DNA of 64,000 bases from Histomonas meleagridis 2922-C6/04-290x (GCA_020184695.1 JAANOX010000033.1:124001-188000); one strand, 5' to 3'. Shown: positions 52,311-64,000, counted from the first letter of the stretch. Numbers and translations are program-made. The notes: generated from the sequence alone by a model not told the origin.

Positions 52311-53296
52311 TTTGTGAAGTCAAAAAAAGCAATAATTGATGTTAACAAAAATTGAAGCAAGTGGTTAACTCCAGTTCATTGAAAATTGTATTTCAACCAC
52401 ATTTATAAACTCCTCAATATTCAAGATATTGATTGGGAATTTTCTATCAAAAAGGTCTGAATTGTGAGGTGTACAGTAGTACTTGGTTTTCGACAATAAG
52501 ATTAGAAAATTTTCACAATTCAGTTCCTTAGGAGGGCAACAAATAAATTTAGATCAATTTTACATTAAATTAAATATGAGAAAAGATGATCTGCTTCATG
52601 ATATTGAAGTCAATCTAATAGATCATGATGCTATCAGAAGATCGTATATATCAAAAATTATATATTAATTTAATGAATCACATTTGGAAAATAAGCACCA
52701 AAAGCTTTTTTTATCATATATCGATATATGATATTACAAATCATAATTATATCAAATATTGGTTCAAAAACCATCTTCTTGTTAATGTTTAGGAAAAAAA
52801 TTTGTTATTATTTCATATATAAATTACCAAAATTACATTTTATAACACTATGATATAATTTTCAGAGTTTCTTTACTCTACAAAATACTGCATTCGTACT
52901 TTTCTTAAAACAATGGAATTTTAATATAAATTTAAAAGTTGTTATAAAATAAATTTTTTTACTTCTCTTACTATATTGTTTGATCTTATTTCCATGAACG
53001 TACACTCATTTTCAATCAAATATCTTATAACATTTATTTTCTTATATAATTTCCAAATTCTATGAAACTGAATAATTTGATGAACTAAGTATCAGTTTTA
53101 CTTATCATAATATTGTTTTAAAATGGAACGTTATGGTGAAATTTTATCTAAAAATAAAATATTTTACAATAAAGAAGAGCATATTTATATAAACTTTTTT
53201 TTCTAAAGAAATTTTTATTATTATTTTATTACTAATTATTTACTAAATTATAATTATTTTTATTACAAACAAAAATATTAATTTAATAGTTTTTTC

Positions 53297-54205
53297 CTAT
53301 TGCGGAAAGTATATTTCCTTAATTGATTCTGGAAAATCATCAAAGTATGGATGATTTAACGCATCTTTAGCATTTATTCTTTTATGTGGATTTAAGCATA
53401 ACATTTTAGACACGAGATCTTTTAAGTTAAGATCATCTGTATCAATTATTTTTGGATTTTCTATTACTGGAATATCATTCAAAGGAAAAGCCGCTAATTT
53501 TGGATACATTTTCATTATTTCTTCACTTGGTTTACCAAATAATTTGAAAATTTCGATTACAATTCCTTCATATGAATCAGAATAAAATGTAATTTTTCGA
53601 TTAACCATTTCTGCAATGACACAACCAGCACTCCAGATGTCAGCAGATATATCATAGTAATCATATTCAAGAAGAATTTCGGGTGGACGATATGATGGTG
53701 AAATAACATCAGCGGTCATATTTCCTACTGGTAAAGAAAATGCTCGAGCAAGACCAAAATCACATATCTTAAGATGGCCGTCGGCATCTAATAGAAGATT
53801 GTGTGGTTTTATATCTCGATGAATAATATGATGTGAATGAAGATAATAAAGTCCTGATAATAATTGATATGCATATGATTTAACTAATTGAGGGTGTATT
53901 GGTGGTAAACGTTGATTGAATATATATCGAAATAAATTTGTATTCATATACTCGATAATAATTACTAAACGCTTACCTTCAACTGAAGCACCTTCGAATG
54001 AGACTATAGCAGGATGGTCACATTGCCTAAGTACATCAAGTTCTCTAATTGTTGATGAAGATGGTCCTTCTTCTTCATGCTCTAATCGAATATATTTTAT
54101 TGCAACAACTTTATTTGTTACAAGATGGACTGCTTTATATACATCACCATAGGTTCCTTCTCCAAGCTTGCCCTCTATTTTATATGACGCTGTTATATCA
54201 ATCAT
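53297..54205 (-). CDS. Cyclin-dependent kinase (CMGC/CDK-like, PSSTIRE helix)
   Basis: GEGTYGDVYKA, VAIK, PSSTIRE, HRDIKPHNLL, DFGLARAF, YRPPE and ALNHPYF. Confidence 0.92.
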   Translation of the reverse strand: MIDITASYKIEGKLGEGTYGDVYKAVHLVTNKVVAIKYIRLEHEEEGPSSSTIRELDVLRQCDHPAIVSFEGASVEGKRLVIIIEYMNTNLFRYIFNQRLPPIHPQLVKSYAYQLLSGLYYLHSHHIIHRDIKPHNLLLDADGHLKICDFGLARAFSLPVGNMTADVISPSYRPPEILLEYDYYDISADIWSAGCVIAEMVNRKITFYSDSYEGIVIEIFKLFGKPSEEIMKMYPKLAAFPLNDIPVIENPKIIDTDDLNLKDLVSKMLCLNPHKRINAKDALNHPYFDDFPESIKEIYFPQ

Positions 54206-54370
54206 GATTGTGCCAATTTGAAAAGATGACGTTTATAATTGTTCTTTTTTGAACACAAAAAAATTCTTTAGTTTACATGAGGTTCGTTGGTTTGTAAGGG
54301 AAAGAAACGTTTTCGACCGTTAAATACAACCGTCCATAAATCCACCGGATTTTTTTACAGAAAATTGTTT

Positions 54371-57300
54371 ATGCTCAATTCCAATCAAACATGTGATTTT
54401 GAACCTAGATATTCATTAACACAACAAATTAGTTCTATGGAATCGGATGCTATTATAGAAAATTGTATTCAAGCATTCTCATGTAATTTACCAAAACAAG
54501 CAACACTTCTTCAATATGATGCACAGTTAATAAAAGAATTCTTGGACAGTAATCAATCCTTTTCAAAGATGACTTTACTTTCTATTTTTTTTGATTTTTA
54601 TTCATTACTTCAAATTGACATTGAGTCAAATCCATTATACATATTAGCAATTCGAAAGCTATTTGCCATAGGATATTTTGCCAAACAACTTGATAAAGAA
54701 AATCAACTCGTGCAAATATCCAAAATACCAGATTTAATTAATCTCATAATTGAAAACTTTAATCAAAATCCCGAATTATCAACAGTTACATCAACAGCTG
54801 TTGCATATGTTTTATCATCCATTGCGTTTAAATATCGTGGAATTCATATTATTAAGCCACAATATCAAATATATTTTGAAATTCTTCAACTTTCTTTTAT
54901 CTATTGTAAAGTTCCAAACACAATTTCATCAAGTAACATTGGCTTGTTTAATTATTTCTTTATGCATACAGTTTATTCATTTCATCCATTCGATCAACTT
55001 TCACAAAATTTTCTTGAAATTTTTTCGAATGTTTTACAAAATGTTTTATTATCATTTCGTTTTACACCAAAACAAAACTTTAACTTTTTTTCTTTATGTA
55101 GTCATTTATTAGTATTCTTAAAAAATGAATCTATTTCTGATATTCGATTTTATGTTTATTCGTTGATTGCAACAATTCTTTCACATGATGAATCATCAAT
55201 AGAAATAATTTTTAATGATGTTAGTGTTGAAATTATATCAAATTATATATTATCAGTTATTAAACAAAATCCTTTAAATAAAGAAACAATTTATGTAAAA
55301 CCAAATCCACCTATAGTTGTTGAAGCAGTAAATATTAAGAGAAATGAAATAATTAATGAAATAACATTCGAACATGAAATTAAAGCAATAGAAAAACCAA
55401 TCACAAAAACATTTAATGAACCTCAACTTTATAAAGATTTAAATATACCAAAGAAGTTAACACAAATATTAAATATAACATTTAATATATGTAAAACATC
55501 AAATAAAATGTCTTTTTCAGAATATAATTCATTATTCCTTAATAAGATGATTCGAATTCATAATAAAAGTGAAGAAAATATTGATTTAATATATTTTATA
55601 ATTCATTGGGTGAAAGAATTAAATAAATTTGATTTTAATAATTCGATAATTATATTAGCACGTGAGAAAATATTTAAATTTTTGATTGAATCGATTTTTA
55701 GAAAATATCGAACAAAAGATTTGATACAATATATTTGTGAATTTTATCCATATATATTAAATGAAAAACCGAATAACTTAGAGTTTATGAATGATTTTTG
55801 GTTATATTTTGTGAATTCGCTTTATTCTTCTAATTTTGATGAAGAGTTTATTAATAGTGCATGTGATTGTTTATTAGTTTCAATAACATTAATAAAACAA
55901 TCATTTCAAATAGTATTATTTAACCAGTTATTATCCAATTTAATGACTTATATTCGGAATAAACATATAAATTCTATAATACAAAAGAATGAAAATGTTA
56001 AATTAATTGAATCTTCGCGTTTATCATTTCTTAAGTTTTTAGATGTGCTTTTTATGTTTCCTGCATATAGACAATATTTATTTAAATCAATTTCATTTGT
56101 TGAATCATTATTACAAATGTTATTTGAGAATAATTTAAGAAATTATACTTTTGAGAAAGTTAAATTTGCTATAACATCGTTAACAGCTGATTCTTCTACA
56201 CTTGAATATATATTTGTATTCTTTCAAACTATTTTTAATAATAATGATGATTCTTATCTCGTATTAAAGGAATCAATTTTTAATTTGATTTTGAATTGTA
56301 TACAATCAAATAGTATCGAAATTGCAAAAGTATTTTTGAAAATTAATTTCTTCGACACTTTAATTTCTTATGATGAATCGATGAAAGATAAAAAATCCGC
56401 TTTAAATCTGATTGAATTATTTAGAATATTTTCATTAATTAAAGGAGATATAAAACAATATATATCAGAAGCTGATTTGTTTTCGAAACTTTATATAGTC
56501 ATCGATTCATTATTCAAGGATAAAATCGATGAAGAATTATTAAATAATTTATGGTCAATAGTTTTTGGTAATGAAAATCCGAAAACTACAAAATTAATAG
56601 TTAATGCTGCACCTTTACCATTAATATTTCATTTATTAGAAAAATATCCAAAAGAAAATTTGGAATTTTTAAACTTTTTAATAATTTGTTGTGAAAAGAA
56701 TATAACTTCAACATTAGAAATTAATAGTAGTGATTTCCCATCACATTTAATCCAAAGTATATATAAATATCGTAAATCTTATGAAATTGATCCGATATTT
56801 AAAAGTATATTAAGTTTATTTACAACGTTATCAATATATTCAATGAAAGGTAAAGATATGCAATCATTAATACAAAACTTTAGTTCATTACCTGGTAATT
56901 ATAAACCAACGTTTTATTTAGATTTAATACCTTCTTTATTATCTATATTCCAAACTCCTTATGATGGACCTTCTTCTTTTATTAATTTTAATAATGATAA
57001 TTATGAATTAAAATGTAAACCATTTAATATCGATACTTTGGATTTTTCATTTGGTATTGATATTGAATTTAAAGAAAATAGTAAATTACCAAAAACAATT
57101 TTATTTATTCAAATGGATAATAGTTGTTATTTAAAGATAAATTATTTTGAACAAAAAATTACTGTTCAAATGCAAAGTAAAAATCAAATTAATAAAATTC
57201 CTTTTAATTATATATTTCCTTTAAATAATTGGTATCAAATCATTATCCAATATAATAATTATAAGAAATTTATGCAATTATATGTAAATGGTCAAGAAAT

Positions 57301-60300
57301 TGAAACCGTTCCAATAAAAAATGGTTATGATTTTAAACTAAAAAATATCGCATTACAAACTTTAATTGCTAAAAACTTAATATGTAATATTGGTTATTTC
57401 TTTTTATCTAAAAATAACTTAAATTTAGATACTATACAACTTTTAAATCAATTTCCTCGTTCATATGTAACAACATTTAATAAAATTGAAAAAAAAGAAT
57501 TTCCTTCTGAATATAAAAACTTGTTTAATTTAGATAGAAATATGATATTTTTATGTAATCCAGCAATATCTTATCAAGGGAATTTAGTTAACTTGAAATC
57601 AAAAGGAATATTTATAACTAAAGGAACAATTTTTGGTTATTCACCATTAGCTAAAGATATAATGTATTGTGCAGGTGGTGTTGAATCTATATTACCATTA
57701 TTTGCGCAACTTGATATGCCAATATTACCTAAACCTGGTGAACAAGTACAATATAAATTTAATAATTCATTATTACCTTTCTTATTAGAAATTTTAAGAA
57801 GTATGTTATTTAATTCTTCGAAAAATCAAGAAGAATTTTATCAAAGAAAAGGATTTTTCGTTTTGGGTTATTTATTAAGTAAAGCTACAAATCAACATTT
57901 TTCGTTACATTCTGTTTCTGTTTTATCTAAATTGTTATATAACTTGGAATATTCCCCTTTAACTCAACAAATGATTAATAACATTTTATTAAATGCTAAA
58001 ATTTGGGTTTATTTACCTGAAGAAATTCAATTAGAATTATATTCTATATTACCCGAATATTTTAAAACTTTAAATATTAATCAAAAAGATTTATTTCTAA
58101 AGTTTTTACCATTTTCGAAATTATTACATATAATAAAAATTAATTTTTGGAGTATTTTTGATAATAAACAAATTTCATTAAATGATTCACCAAAAATTGA
58201 TCAAATAACTAAAGAAGAAATTCCACGGAATTTCCAATCAATAGAATTAAGAAATTCATTTTGGGATTTAGCATATCAAATTTCATTACATTATTTCACT
58301 GACATTGATGCGAAAACATTATTTTTGTTTTCATTTGATGTTAATGATTATATATTAGAGTTTGAAACATTAAAATTATTATTAAAAATGTTATATTCAA
58401 AGAATCAAGTTTTAATTGATTGTATTAAGCGTGAATTTAAATTTATTTCATTTTTCTCATTAATAATTTCTACAAATGAATATATATGTTCATGTTGTAT
58501 ACATCTTTTTGTATATTTCTTAAAACTTCCTGAAGATCAATCATCACAAATCTTATATCCTTATAGTATAAATGAATGGATAACAGCAATTATAAAGACA
58601 ATATCAATGAATAATCCAACAACAATTTTTTCTGATATAATTTTTGGTTATTTGTTTGGATTTTTTAATGAGAACATTCATAATAAATCGTTTGAGTTTT
58701 TGCCTTCAATTCGTATATCTAAAGATGAATCATTAAATGATTATGAGATTAAAATGCCCGAATTTTTACCATTAGCTTTATTATCTATTACTGATTTAAG
58801 TGATGGTGATTCATTCATTTATTTGTCTGCTTTAGATCGTTCATTTACTAAAAATAATAAAATTATTCCGACAATTAAAGATTTTGATCATCCATTTTTA
58901 ATGTATATTATCCATAAACATCAAAATGAAGGAATTAATCATTTTGAACATTTAAGGATTTGTGTATATATTTTATCTAATTATTATTTTAAATATAATC
59001 AACCATTTACATTAAATGAATATATTTCATTGTTTTCTATTAGAACTGGAATAGATTTTACTTATATATTAAGATATATTTTATTATATTTAACTGATTT
59101 ACTTAATAGTATACAATATTCTGTACCGAAACAAACATATTATAACTTTTATAAAACAGTTTTTGAATTTTTATTTATAATTCCAAGTTATGATAAATAT
59201 TATAAAGTTTCATTTAATGAAAATGTAACTAATAATAATCATAAAGAAAAAATTACATTCCAAAATTTACATCAATTAAAATATTTAAATGATCGAACTC
59301 AAATAAATTATACTTATGGTACAAGAACGACTAAAGAAGGAGATTGGATTGATTATGAATTAGCGCATAAATTTTTACAATATATGCAAATTAATGAAAT
59401 ATTATTTAAAGTTAAACCTTCATTTATATCAATACCAGAAAAATGTTTTCATCCATTATATATGTATACATTTACTTTATCGATTGGAATTCATCATATA
59501 AAATATTTTAATAATCTTTCGAAATATATTAAACCTTTATTACATTTAATTAAAATACCAAATAAGAAAGATTATGATATATTTCAATATATTGTAAATA
59601 TTATTGTAGGTTTAATTAAATATATACAAATTACTAAAAACGAACAAGAATTACAAAACTTATTTTCATTGATAAAACAATTTGATACAATTATAAATTA
59701 TCAATTTCATATTCATATCGAAAATTATTATGATCTCTTTAAAACGACAATATTTACATCTGATATAACAATACAACAATTTCTTAAGAAATATTCGCAA
59801 AACGAAAATAACTTAATACAATATGCAAAACGATTATCAAAATCTGAAACGAAATCATTACAAAACATATCATTTAATAATGAAAAGTTTGCAGAACATT
59901 TTCAAGAGTTAAATATCTTTAATTCACAAGACAAAATATTAACATTAAATAAATTAAGTCGATATAAATTAATTGATTTAGCATCATCATTTCGAAATGA
60001 TAATTTACAAGGTTCTAAAACGTATAAATCAATATGGAGAACTTTATCAAGTGAAGGAGGACCTTGGTATCAACCAGAACAAAGTAATAATCAACATCAT
60101 TATAAACTTGATAATATAATATTAAAAACTTTTAAGCGCCCAAGACTTAAAGAGAATTTCTCATATAATGATCATAAAGATGCTTCTTTATTAAGAGATA
60201 CTGGCGATTTAAACATAGCTAATGAGAAATATAATGAACATTTGAAACAATTAAGAATTATTAATTTTGGTAACTTAGATCAAAGTGTTATCCAAATGAT

Positions 60301-62443
60301 TTCGAATGATGATGAAGAAAATAATCAAATTGCAAATATAGATATCGAAGAAATTATTATTAGCGCGACTGTTAAAAGAGTTACAATGAAAGAAACTGTA
60401 TCAGGAACATTAATTATTAGTCGAAGAAACTTAAGTTTTAATAATGAAAATAAATATTTAAGAATTCCATTATCAAAAATTCGTTATATATATTTAAGAA
60501 AATATTTACATATTTCAGATTCAATCGAAATATTTACTGTAAATAAAGTGTATTTCTTCGCATTCGTTGATGGTGATCAAAGACATCAAGTTCTTCAAAA
60601 AATTAAAAACTTGAAATTGAAAAATTTGAAGTTTTTACAAATGAATCCTTCCGATATAAATAAAGAATTAAAGAACTTAATGGATAAATGGTGTAATGGA
60701 AAAATATCTAACTTTGATTACCTAATGAAATTAAATGTTTTGTCTGGTCGAAGTTATAATGATATTTCTCAATATCCTGTTTTCCCATGGGTTTTAAGTG
60801 ATTATTATTCAGATAAGCTTGATTTATCAAAAGAATCTATTTATAGAGATTTAACTAAGCCTATTGGCGCTTTAAATCAAGAAAGATTAAATTCTTTATT
60901 AGACAGAATCGAACCTTCTTTTGAAAATTCGCCAAATTATTTGTATTCAACTTTTTATTCATCGTCGGCGGTTATCATCGGCTATTTAATTAGACTGGAG
61001 CCGTTTACTTCCCTTCATATTGAATTGCAAAATGGTCGATTCGATACGACAAGTCGATTATTTAACTCAATCCCTGGAGCTTGGGAATCTGTTAATAGAG
61101 AAAGCGATTTTAGAGAATTAATTCCCGAGTTCTTTTATTTGCCAGAATTTTTAATAAATAGAAATGAATTTGATCTTGGAAAAGGCGTATCTGACGTTAT
61201 ATTACCAAAATGGGCTTCATCACCCGCAGATTTCATTGAAAAACATAGAGCTTCATTAGAATCTCCATTTGTTTCTGTAATGTTGCCTGCATGGATTGAT
61301 ATGATTTTCGGAGTTACTTCACGTGGAATTAAAGCACAAAAGATTTACAATGTTTTCCATCCTCTATTCTTTGAAGAATGTATTACACCTGAATTAGCAA
61401 AAAATCCTCAAGAATTTTTAATAGCTCAAGAATATGCTGCTTGTTTTGGTCAAGCCCCAACTCAAATTTTCAATGAACCACATAAACAAATTATTGTTGT
61501 TCATCCTAACCTAACAATTTCTAAAGCCATATTCCCAATTATTCTAAAAGAACCAATTTTCAAATTTAACGAAAAAATTTTATTGGCCGATACCTATCGT
61601 GGCGGTTATTTGGCGGTTACCCAAAAATATGAAACGGTTTTCATAAAACATGGAAAAGAATCAAAAAGATTTAGCTTAGAAATGAGTTCACCAGGTGATA
61701 ATCAATTTGATTTAGAGTTTTCTGGTGCAAGGAAAACTGTTGCTGTGTATAATGGAATTATTGTTTCATCTGTTCCATGGGATTGTTCATTTCTTGTAAC
61801 TTCATTTGATTATTCTAAACCATTATCAGTAAAGCGATTGCATACTAAATCATTAAGAGCAATTGCAATGACAAAAAAATTTACTGCAACTGCATCAAAT
61901 GATTGTACAATTGTTGTTTGGAAAAAACAAGCACAAAAACAACATGTAATTATATCAAAGCATAGAAGTAGTATTGAAGATGTTGCAATTGATGAAGATT
62001 TGGATGTAATAGTTTCTTGTTCAATAGATGGAACAATAATTACATCATCATTATCAAATGGGGTACACCTAAAGACGTTAAAGATATCTGACATTGGGGT
62101 GCCCAAAGAATTAAAGGTGACTTCCTCCGGAAAAGTGGCAGTTCTATTTGAATTAGCTGGAAAAAGTACAATCAAAATATTCGATCAAAACTTGGAATTA
62201 ATTAATGAAAGTGAGTTTGAGGACTTAATCGAATCTTGGTGTATGTTTGATTATCCTGATTTTAGACAATATATGGCAATCATGTTTAATTCAGATAAAT
62301 TTGTGATTTTTGGAATTCCTTATTTCGAAGTTATGTTCGAAACAAAATGTAAAAAACATATAATGACAATGAAATACATTAAAAAGACATCTGTATTATT
62401 AATGACAAATGAAGATGGCAATTTAATGCAATTACAATTATAA
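54371..62443 (+). CDS. BEACH-domain protein (ARM/ConA-like, DUF4704-like, PH, BEACH, WD40)
   Basis: First ATG at 54371. Intact BEACH: WCNGKISNFDYLMKLNVLSGRSYNDISQYPVFPW, YSTFYSS, FDTTSRLFNSI, RELIPEFFYLPEFL, LPKWA, WIDMIFG, FGQAPTQIF. PH precedes it and WD40 follows. Confidence 0.93.
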   Translation: MLNSNQTCDFEPRYSLTQQISSMESDAIIENCIQAFSCNLPKQATLLQYDAQLIKEFLDSNQSFSKMTLLSIFFDFYSLLQIDIESNPLYILAIRKLFAIGYFAKQLDKENQLVQISKIPDLINLIIENFNQNPELSTVTSTAVAYVLSSIAFKYRGIHIIKPQYQIYFEILQLSFIYCKVPNTISSSNIGLFNYFFMHTVYSFHPFDQLSQNFLEIFSNVLQNVLLSFRFTPKQNFNFFSLCSHLLVFLKNESISDIRFYVYSLIATILSHDESSIEIIFNDVSVEIISNYILSVIKQNPLNKETIYVKPNPPIVVEAVNIKRNEIINEITFEHEIKAIEKPITKTFNEPQLYKDLNIPKKLTQILNITFNICKTSNKMSFSEYNSLFLNKMIRIHNKSEENIDLIYFIIHWVKELNKFDFNNSIIILAREKIFKFLIESIFRKYRTKDLIQYICEFYPYILNEKPNNLEFMNDFWLYFVNSLYSSNFDEEFINSACDCLLVSITLIKQSFQIVLFNQLLSNLMTYIRNKHINSIIQKNENVKLIESSRLSFLKFLDVLFMFPAYRQYLFKSISFVESLLQMLFENNLRNYTFEKVKFAITSLTADSSTLEYIFVFFQTIFNNNDDSYLVLKESIFNLILNCIQSNSIEIAKVFLKINFFDTLISYDESMKDKKSALNLIELFRIFSLIKGDIKQYISEADLFSKLYIVIDSLFKDKIDEELLNNLWSIVFGNENPKTTKLIVNAAPLPLIFHLLEKYPKENLEFLNFLIICCEKNITSTLEINSSDFPSHLIQSIYKYRKSYEIDPIFKSILSLFTTLSIYSMKGKDMQSLIQNFSSLPGNYKPTFYLDLIPSLLSIFQTPYDGPSSFINFNNDNYELKCKPFNIDTLDFSFGIDIEFKENSKLPKTILFIQMDNSCYLKINYFEQKITVQMQSKNQINKIPFNYIFPLNNWYQIIIQYNNYKKFMQLYVNGQEIETVPIKNGYDFKLKNIALQTLIAKNLICNIGYFFLSKNNLNLDTIQLLNQFPRSYVTTFNKIEKKEFPSEYKNLFNLDRNMIFLCNPAISYQGNLVNLKSKGIFITKGTIFGYSPLAKDIMYCAGGVESILPLFAQLDMPILPKPGEQVQYKFNNSLLPFLLEILRSMLFNSSKNQEEFYQRKGFFVLGYLLSKATNQHFSLHSVSVLSKLLYNLEYSPLTQQMINNILLNAKIWVYLPEEIQLELYSILPEYFKTLNINQKDLFLKFLPFSKLLHIIKINFWSIFDNKQISLNDSPKIDQITKEEIPRNFQSIELRNSFWDLAYQISLHYFTDIDAKTLFLFSFDVNDYILEFETLKLLLKMLYSKNQVLIDCIKREFKFISFFSLIISTNEYICSCCIHLFVYFLKLPEDQSSQILYPYSINEWITAIIKTISMNNPTTIFSDIIFGYLFGFFNENIHNKSFEFLPSIRISKDESLNDYEIKMPEFLPLALLSITDLSDGDSFIYLSALDRSFTKNNKIIPTIKDFDHPFLMYIIHKHQNEGINHFEHLRICVYILSNYYFKYNQPFTLNEYISLFSIRTGIDFTYILRYILLYLTDLLNSIQYSVPKQTYYNFYKTVFEFLFIIPSYDKYYKVSFNENVTNNNHKEKITFQNLHQLKYLNDRTQINYTYGTRTTKEGDWIDYELAHKFLQYMQINEILFKVKPSFISIPEKCFHPLYMYTFTLSIGIHHIKYFNNLSKYIKPLLHLIKIPNKKDYDIFQYIVNIIVGLIKYIQITKNEQELQNLFSLIKQFDTIINYQFHIHIENYYDLFKTTIFTSDITIQQFLKKYSQNENNLIQYAKRLSKSETKSLQNISFNNEKFAEHFQELNIFNSQDKILTLNKLSRYKLIDLASSFRNDNLQGSKTYKSIWRTLSSEGGPWYQPEQSNNQHHYKLDNIILKTFKRPRLKENFSYNDHKDASLLRDTGDLNIANEKYNEHLKQLRIINFGNLDQSVIQMISNDDEENNQIANIDIEEIIISATVKRVTMKETVSGTLIISRRNLSFNNENKYLRIPLSKIRYIYLRKYLHISDSIEIFTVNKVYFFAFVDGDQRHQVLQKIKNLKLKNLKFLQMNPSDINKELKNLMDKWCNGKISNFDYLMKLNVLSGRSYNDISQYPVFPWVLSDYYSDKLDLSKESIYRDLTKPIGALNQERLNSLLDRIEPSFENSPNYLYSTFYSSSAVIIGYLIRLEPFTSLHIELQNGRFDTTSRLFNSIPGAWESVNRESDFRELIPEFFYLPEFLINRNEFDLGKGVSDVILPKWASSPADFIEKHRASLESPFVSVMLPAWIDMIFGVTSRGIKAQKIYNVFHPLFFEECITPELAKNPQEFLIAQEYAACFGQAPTQIFNEPHKQIIVVHPNLTISKAIFPIILKEPIFKFNEKILLADTYRGGYLAVTQKYETVFIKHGKESKRFSLEMSSPGDNQFDLEFSGARKTVAVYNGIIVSSVPWDCSFLVTSFDYSKPLSVKRLHTKSLRAIAMTKKFTATASNDCTIVVWKKQAQKQHVIISKHRSSIEDVAIDEDLDVIVSCSIDGTIITSSLSNGVHLKTLKISDIGVPKELKVTSSGKVAVLFELAGKSTIKIFDQNLELINESEFEDLIESWCMFDYPDFRQYMAIMFNSDKFVIFGIPYFEVMFETKCKKHIMTMKYIKKTSVLLMTNEDGNLMQLQL

Positions 62444-62821
62444 AATGTTTGAATAAAAATATTATGTTTTATCTTTTTGCAATGTTAAATTGTTGTGTAT
62501 GAAGAAACAAAAAATTGGAAAAATAATAATAATGTACGTTAAAGAGTGATTCAAAGCCGTTTCTATTTGTGGGATATTTACGGTTATAATTGAAAAAGTT
62601 ATCTTCACAAAACCGGAAAAGAAACAAACAAAATCTTGGTAAATCATATTTTTATATGTATTATCTCTTTAAAATAAAATCATCCAACTCTTTAGCTAAC
62701 ATTAAAACCTTCTTCCACATTGATTTTGATGAAAGATGAATTAATTTTTTGCACATTTTTAGGGAAAAGTGCCAATGATCCAACAAACGGTTTTAAAGAA
62801 AAACTAGTTTTCCAAATTTTA

Positions 62822-63577
62822 ATGATGAATCGCCCAGAGCTAAAAGCAATATGTATCACGGCTAAAAGTGGTATATCTTTATTCTCAGCCGACTTTGAAG
62901 GTAATTCTCGAAATCTTAGATCTTTTGGTGGTCTTATTACAGCAATGAACGATCTTTCAAATCGATCTGTGGGTGCACCAGTCTCATACATGGTAATGCT
63001 TACTACAGCCATTACAATTGTTCAATCTGAAGAAACAGGAATTAAAGTCATTCTTTTCCATGACGCAACATTTTACAGATCTTTAGCACATTGTATTGCT
63101 ACACAAGTTTTACGTGCGTTCCTTGAACGCTTTAATCCAGAAACATTGAACGTGACTGATTCCTCTAATTTCAGAAGATTTAATTCAGGTCTAGGACCTG
63201 CTATCCGGTCTGCATCAAACATCATTTTACATAACCTAATAGACAAGCTCAGAGGCGCTATACAATTTGCCGTTATTTTCAGTGATGGCGACGCTATATA
63301 TACATATCCATCAAATGCAGATTCCATTTCAGTTGCGGCAAATCTTCAACAGCTTCAATTTGCTCTACAGGAAGTTGCTAATTTGACACAAGATGTGCCA
63401 TACGAACTTGTTATTGAAGGCGGACAAATCTTTTCACATATTGTTCTGTTCGGCGCAACGACAGTGGTCCTTCAGATTCGAGCAGCGTCACACTCTCCGA
63501 GTGTGATTGCACAGGTGAAGGAAACACTGTCAATGCTTAGTCTTTGTTTCCAAACAGCAGAAAGCCTCATGGCTTAA
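62822..63577 (+). CDS. Hypothetical protein, possible longin-like + roadblock/profilin-like domains
   Basis: Likely ATG at 62822/62825; an earlier in-frame ATG exists at 62729. The alternating beta/alpha pattern LKAICITAKSGISLFS...FGGLITAM...VILFHD...IATQVLRAFLERF is longin-like. The fold call is an inference. Confidence 0.7.
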   Translation: MMNRPELKAICITAKSGISLFSADFEGNSRNLRSFGGLITAMNDLSNRSVGAPVSYMVMLTTAITIVQSEETGIKVILFHDATFYRSLAHCIATQVLRAFLERFNPETLNVTDSSNFRRFNSGLGPAIRSASNIILHNLIDKLRGAIQFAVIFSDGDAIYTYPSNADSISVAANLQQLQFALQEVANLTQDVPYELVIEGGQIFSHIVLFGATTVVLQIRAASHSPSVIAQVKETLSMLSLCFQTAESLMA

Positions 63578-63702
63578 GATTCTTTCTATAATAAATACAA
63601 AAATTCTTATAAAATTGTTTTAGAAATTGCAACTCTTTTGATGTTTTTGTTGTTATTTTTTTTATTTTGCGAAAAAGTACGTTAATTTCGGGGTGTCCCA
63701 TT

Positions 63703-64000
63703 ATGCAAGCAAAGAAGAAAAATCAACAGCAAACCCAGAAATTATTAGAAAAGAGAAAGAAAACAAAATCTATTTTCGAAACAGAAGAAGTTGTTGAAAG
63801 GCAAAGAGTTCAAAGAGCAAAACAAAGAAATCAAAAAATTTTTTCTTATAAACAGCATTTAAGAGAAACATTCCATAAAATAGATAATGTTCCATATAGT
63901 TATAATGCATCATCGATTTACCAAAATAATGGACATAGTATAGCATTCATTGGTTCAAATCATCAACCAAAAAATTATAATAAATTCACGCCAAAAAGAA
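63703..64000 (+). CDS. Hypothetical protein, 3'-partial
   Basis: The ATG at 63703 opens a frame with no stop to the window end (MQAKKKNQQQTQKLLEKRKK...). It is not in the supplied track. Confidence 0.55.
   Translation, partial: MQAKKKNQQQTQKLLEKRKKTKSIFETEEVVERQRVQRAKQRNQKIFSYKQHLRETFHKIDNVPYSYNASSIYQNNGHSIAFIGSNHQPKNYNKFTPKR

Noticed and set aside
53297-54205. PSSTIRE instead of PSTAIRE as a novelty
   Set aside because: Variant cyclin-binding helices are common in expanded protist CDK families, and the catalytic motifs are intact.
1-64000. tRNA, rRNA or snRNA genes
   Set aside because: No T-loop/D-loop tRNA signatures or rRNA-like stretches were recognised by eye. tRNAscan-SE and Infernal would be needed to exclude short RNAs.

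Overview
AT-rich, gene-dense eukaryotic DNA with no evident introns and the standard genetic code. It is almost certainly from a parabasalid (Trichomonas/Tritrichomonas/Histomonas group), judged from the parabasalid-type GAPDH, many BspA-like LRR surface genes, a cathepsin-L-like protease, giant BEACH proteins and TCAYT/A initiator elements just upstream of ATGs. The species cannot be fixed from this window. Housekeeping genes (YJU2, LTV1, TBL1-like, calreticulin, GAPDH, CDK, sugar transporter, GT47, kinases) are interleaved with mostly decaying surface-protein genes. The most striking feature is a head-to-head pair of atypical Hsp70 genes (13526-17011 minus, 18949-22020 plus). Each has an intact ATPase domain and SBD-beta, then 6-8 tandem ~75-aa helical units resembling the Hsp70 lid, then a C-terminal transmembrane anchor. 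Neither has a signal peptide, EEVD or KDEL. They share near-identical nucleotide patches (likely gene conversion) and sit next to a truncated Sti1/Hop gene. Other points of interest: a shared stalk-TM-tail cassette under unrelated ectodomains, a recent chimeric BspA duplication, a FlK-like thioesterase, a collapsed BEACH domain, a pseudokinase with an out-of-frame tail, and a possible longin+roadblock protein. Several supplied ORFs begin at TTG/GTG and were re-started at the likely ATG. No tRNA, rRNA, CRISPR or recognisable transposon was seen. All family calls come from motif recognition; no database search was run.
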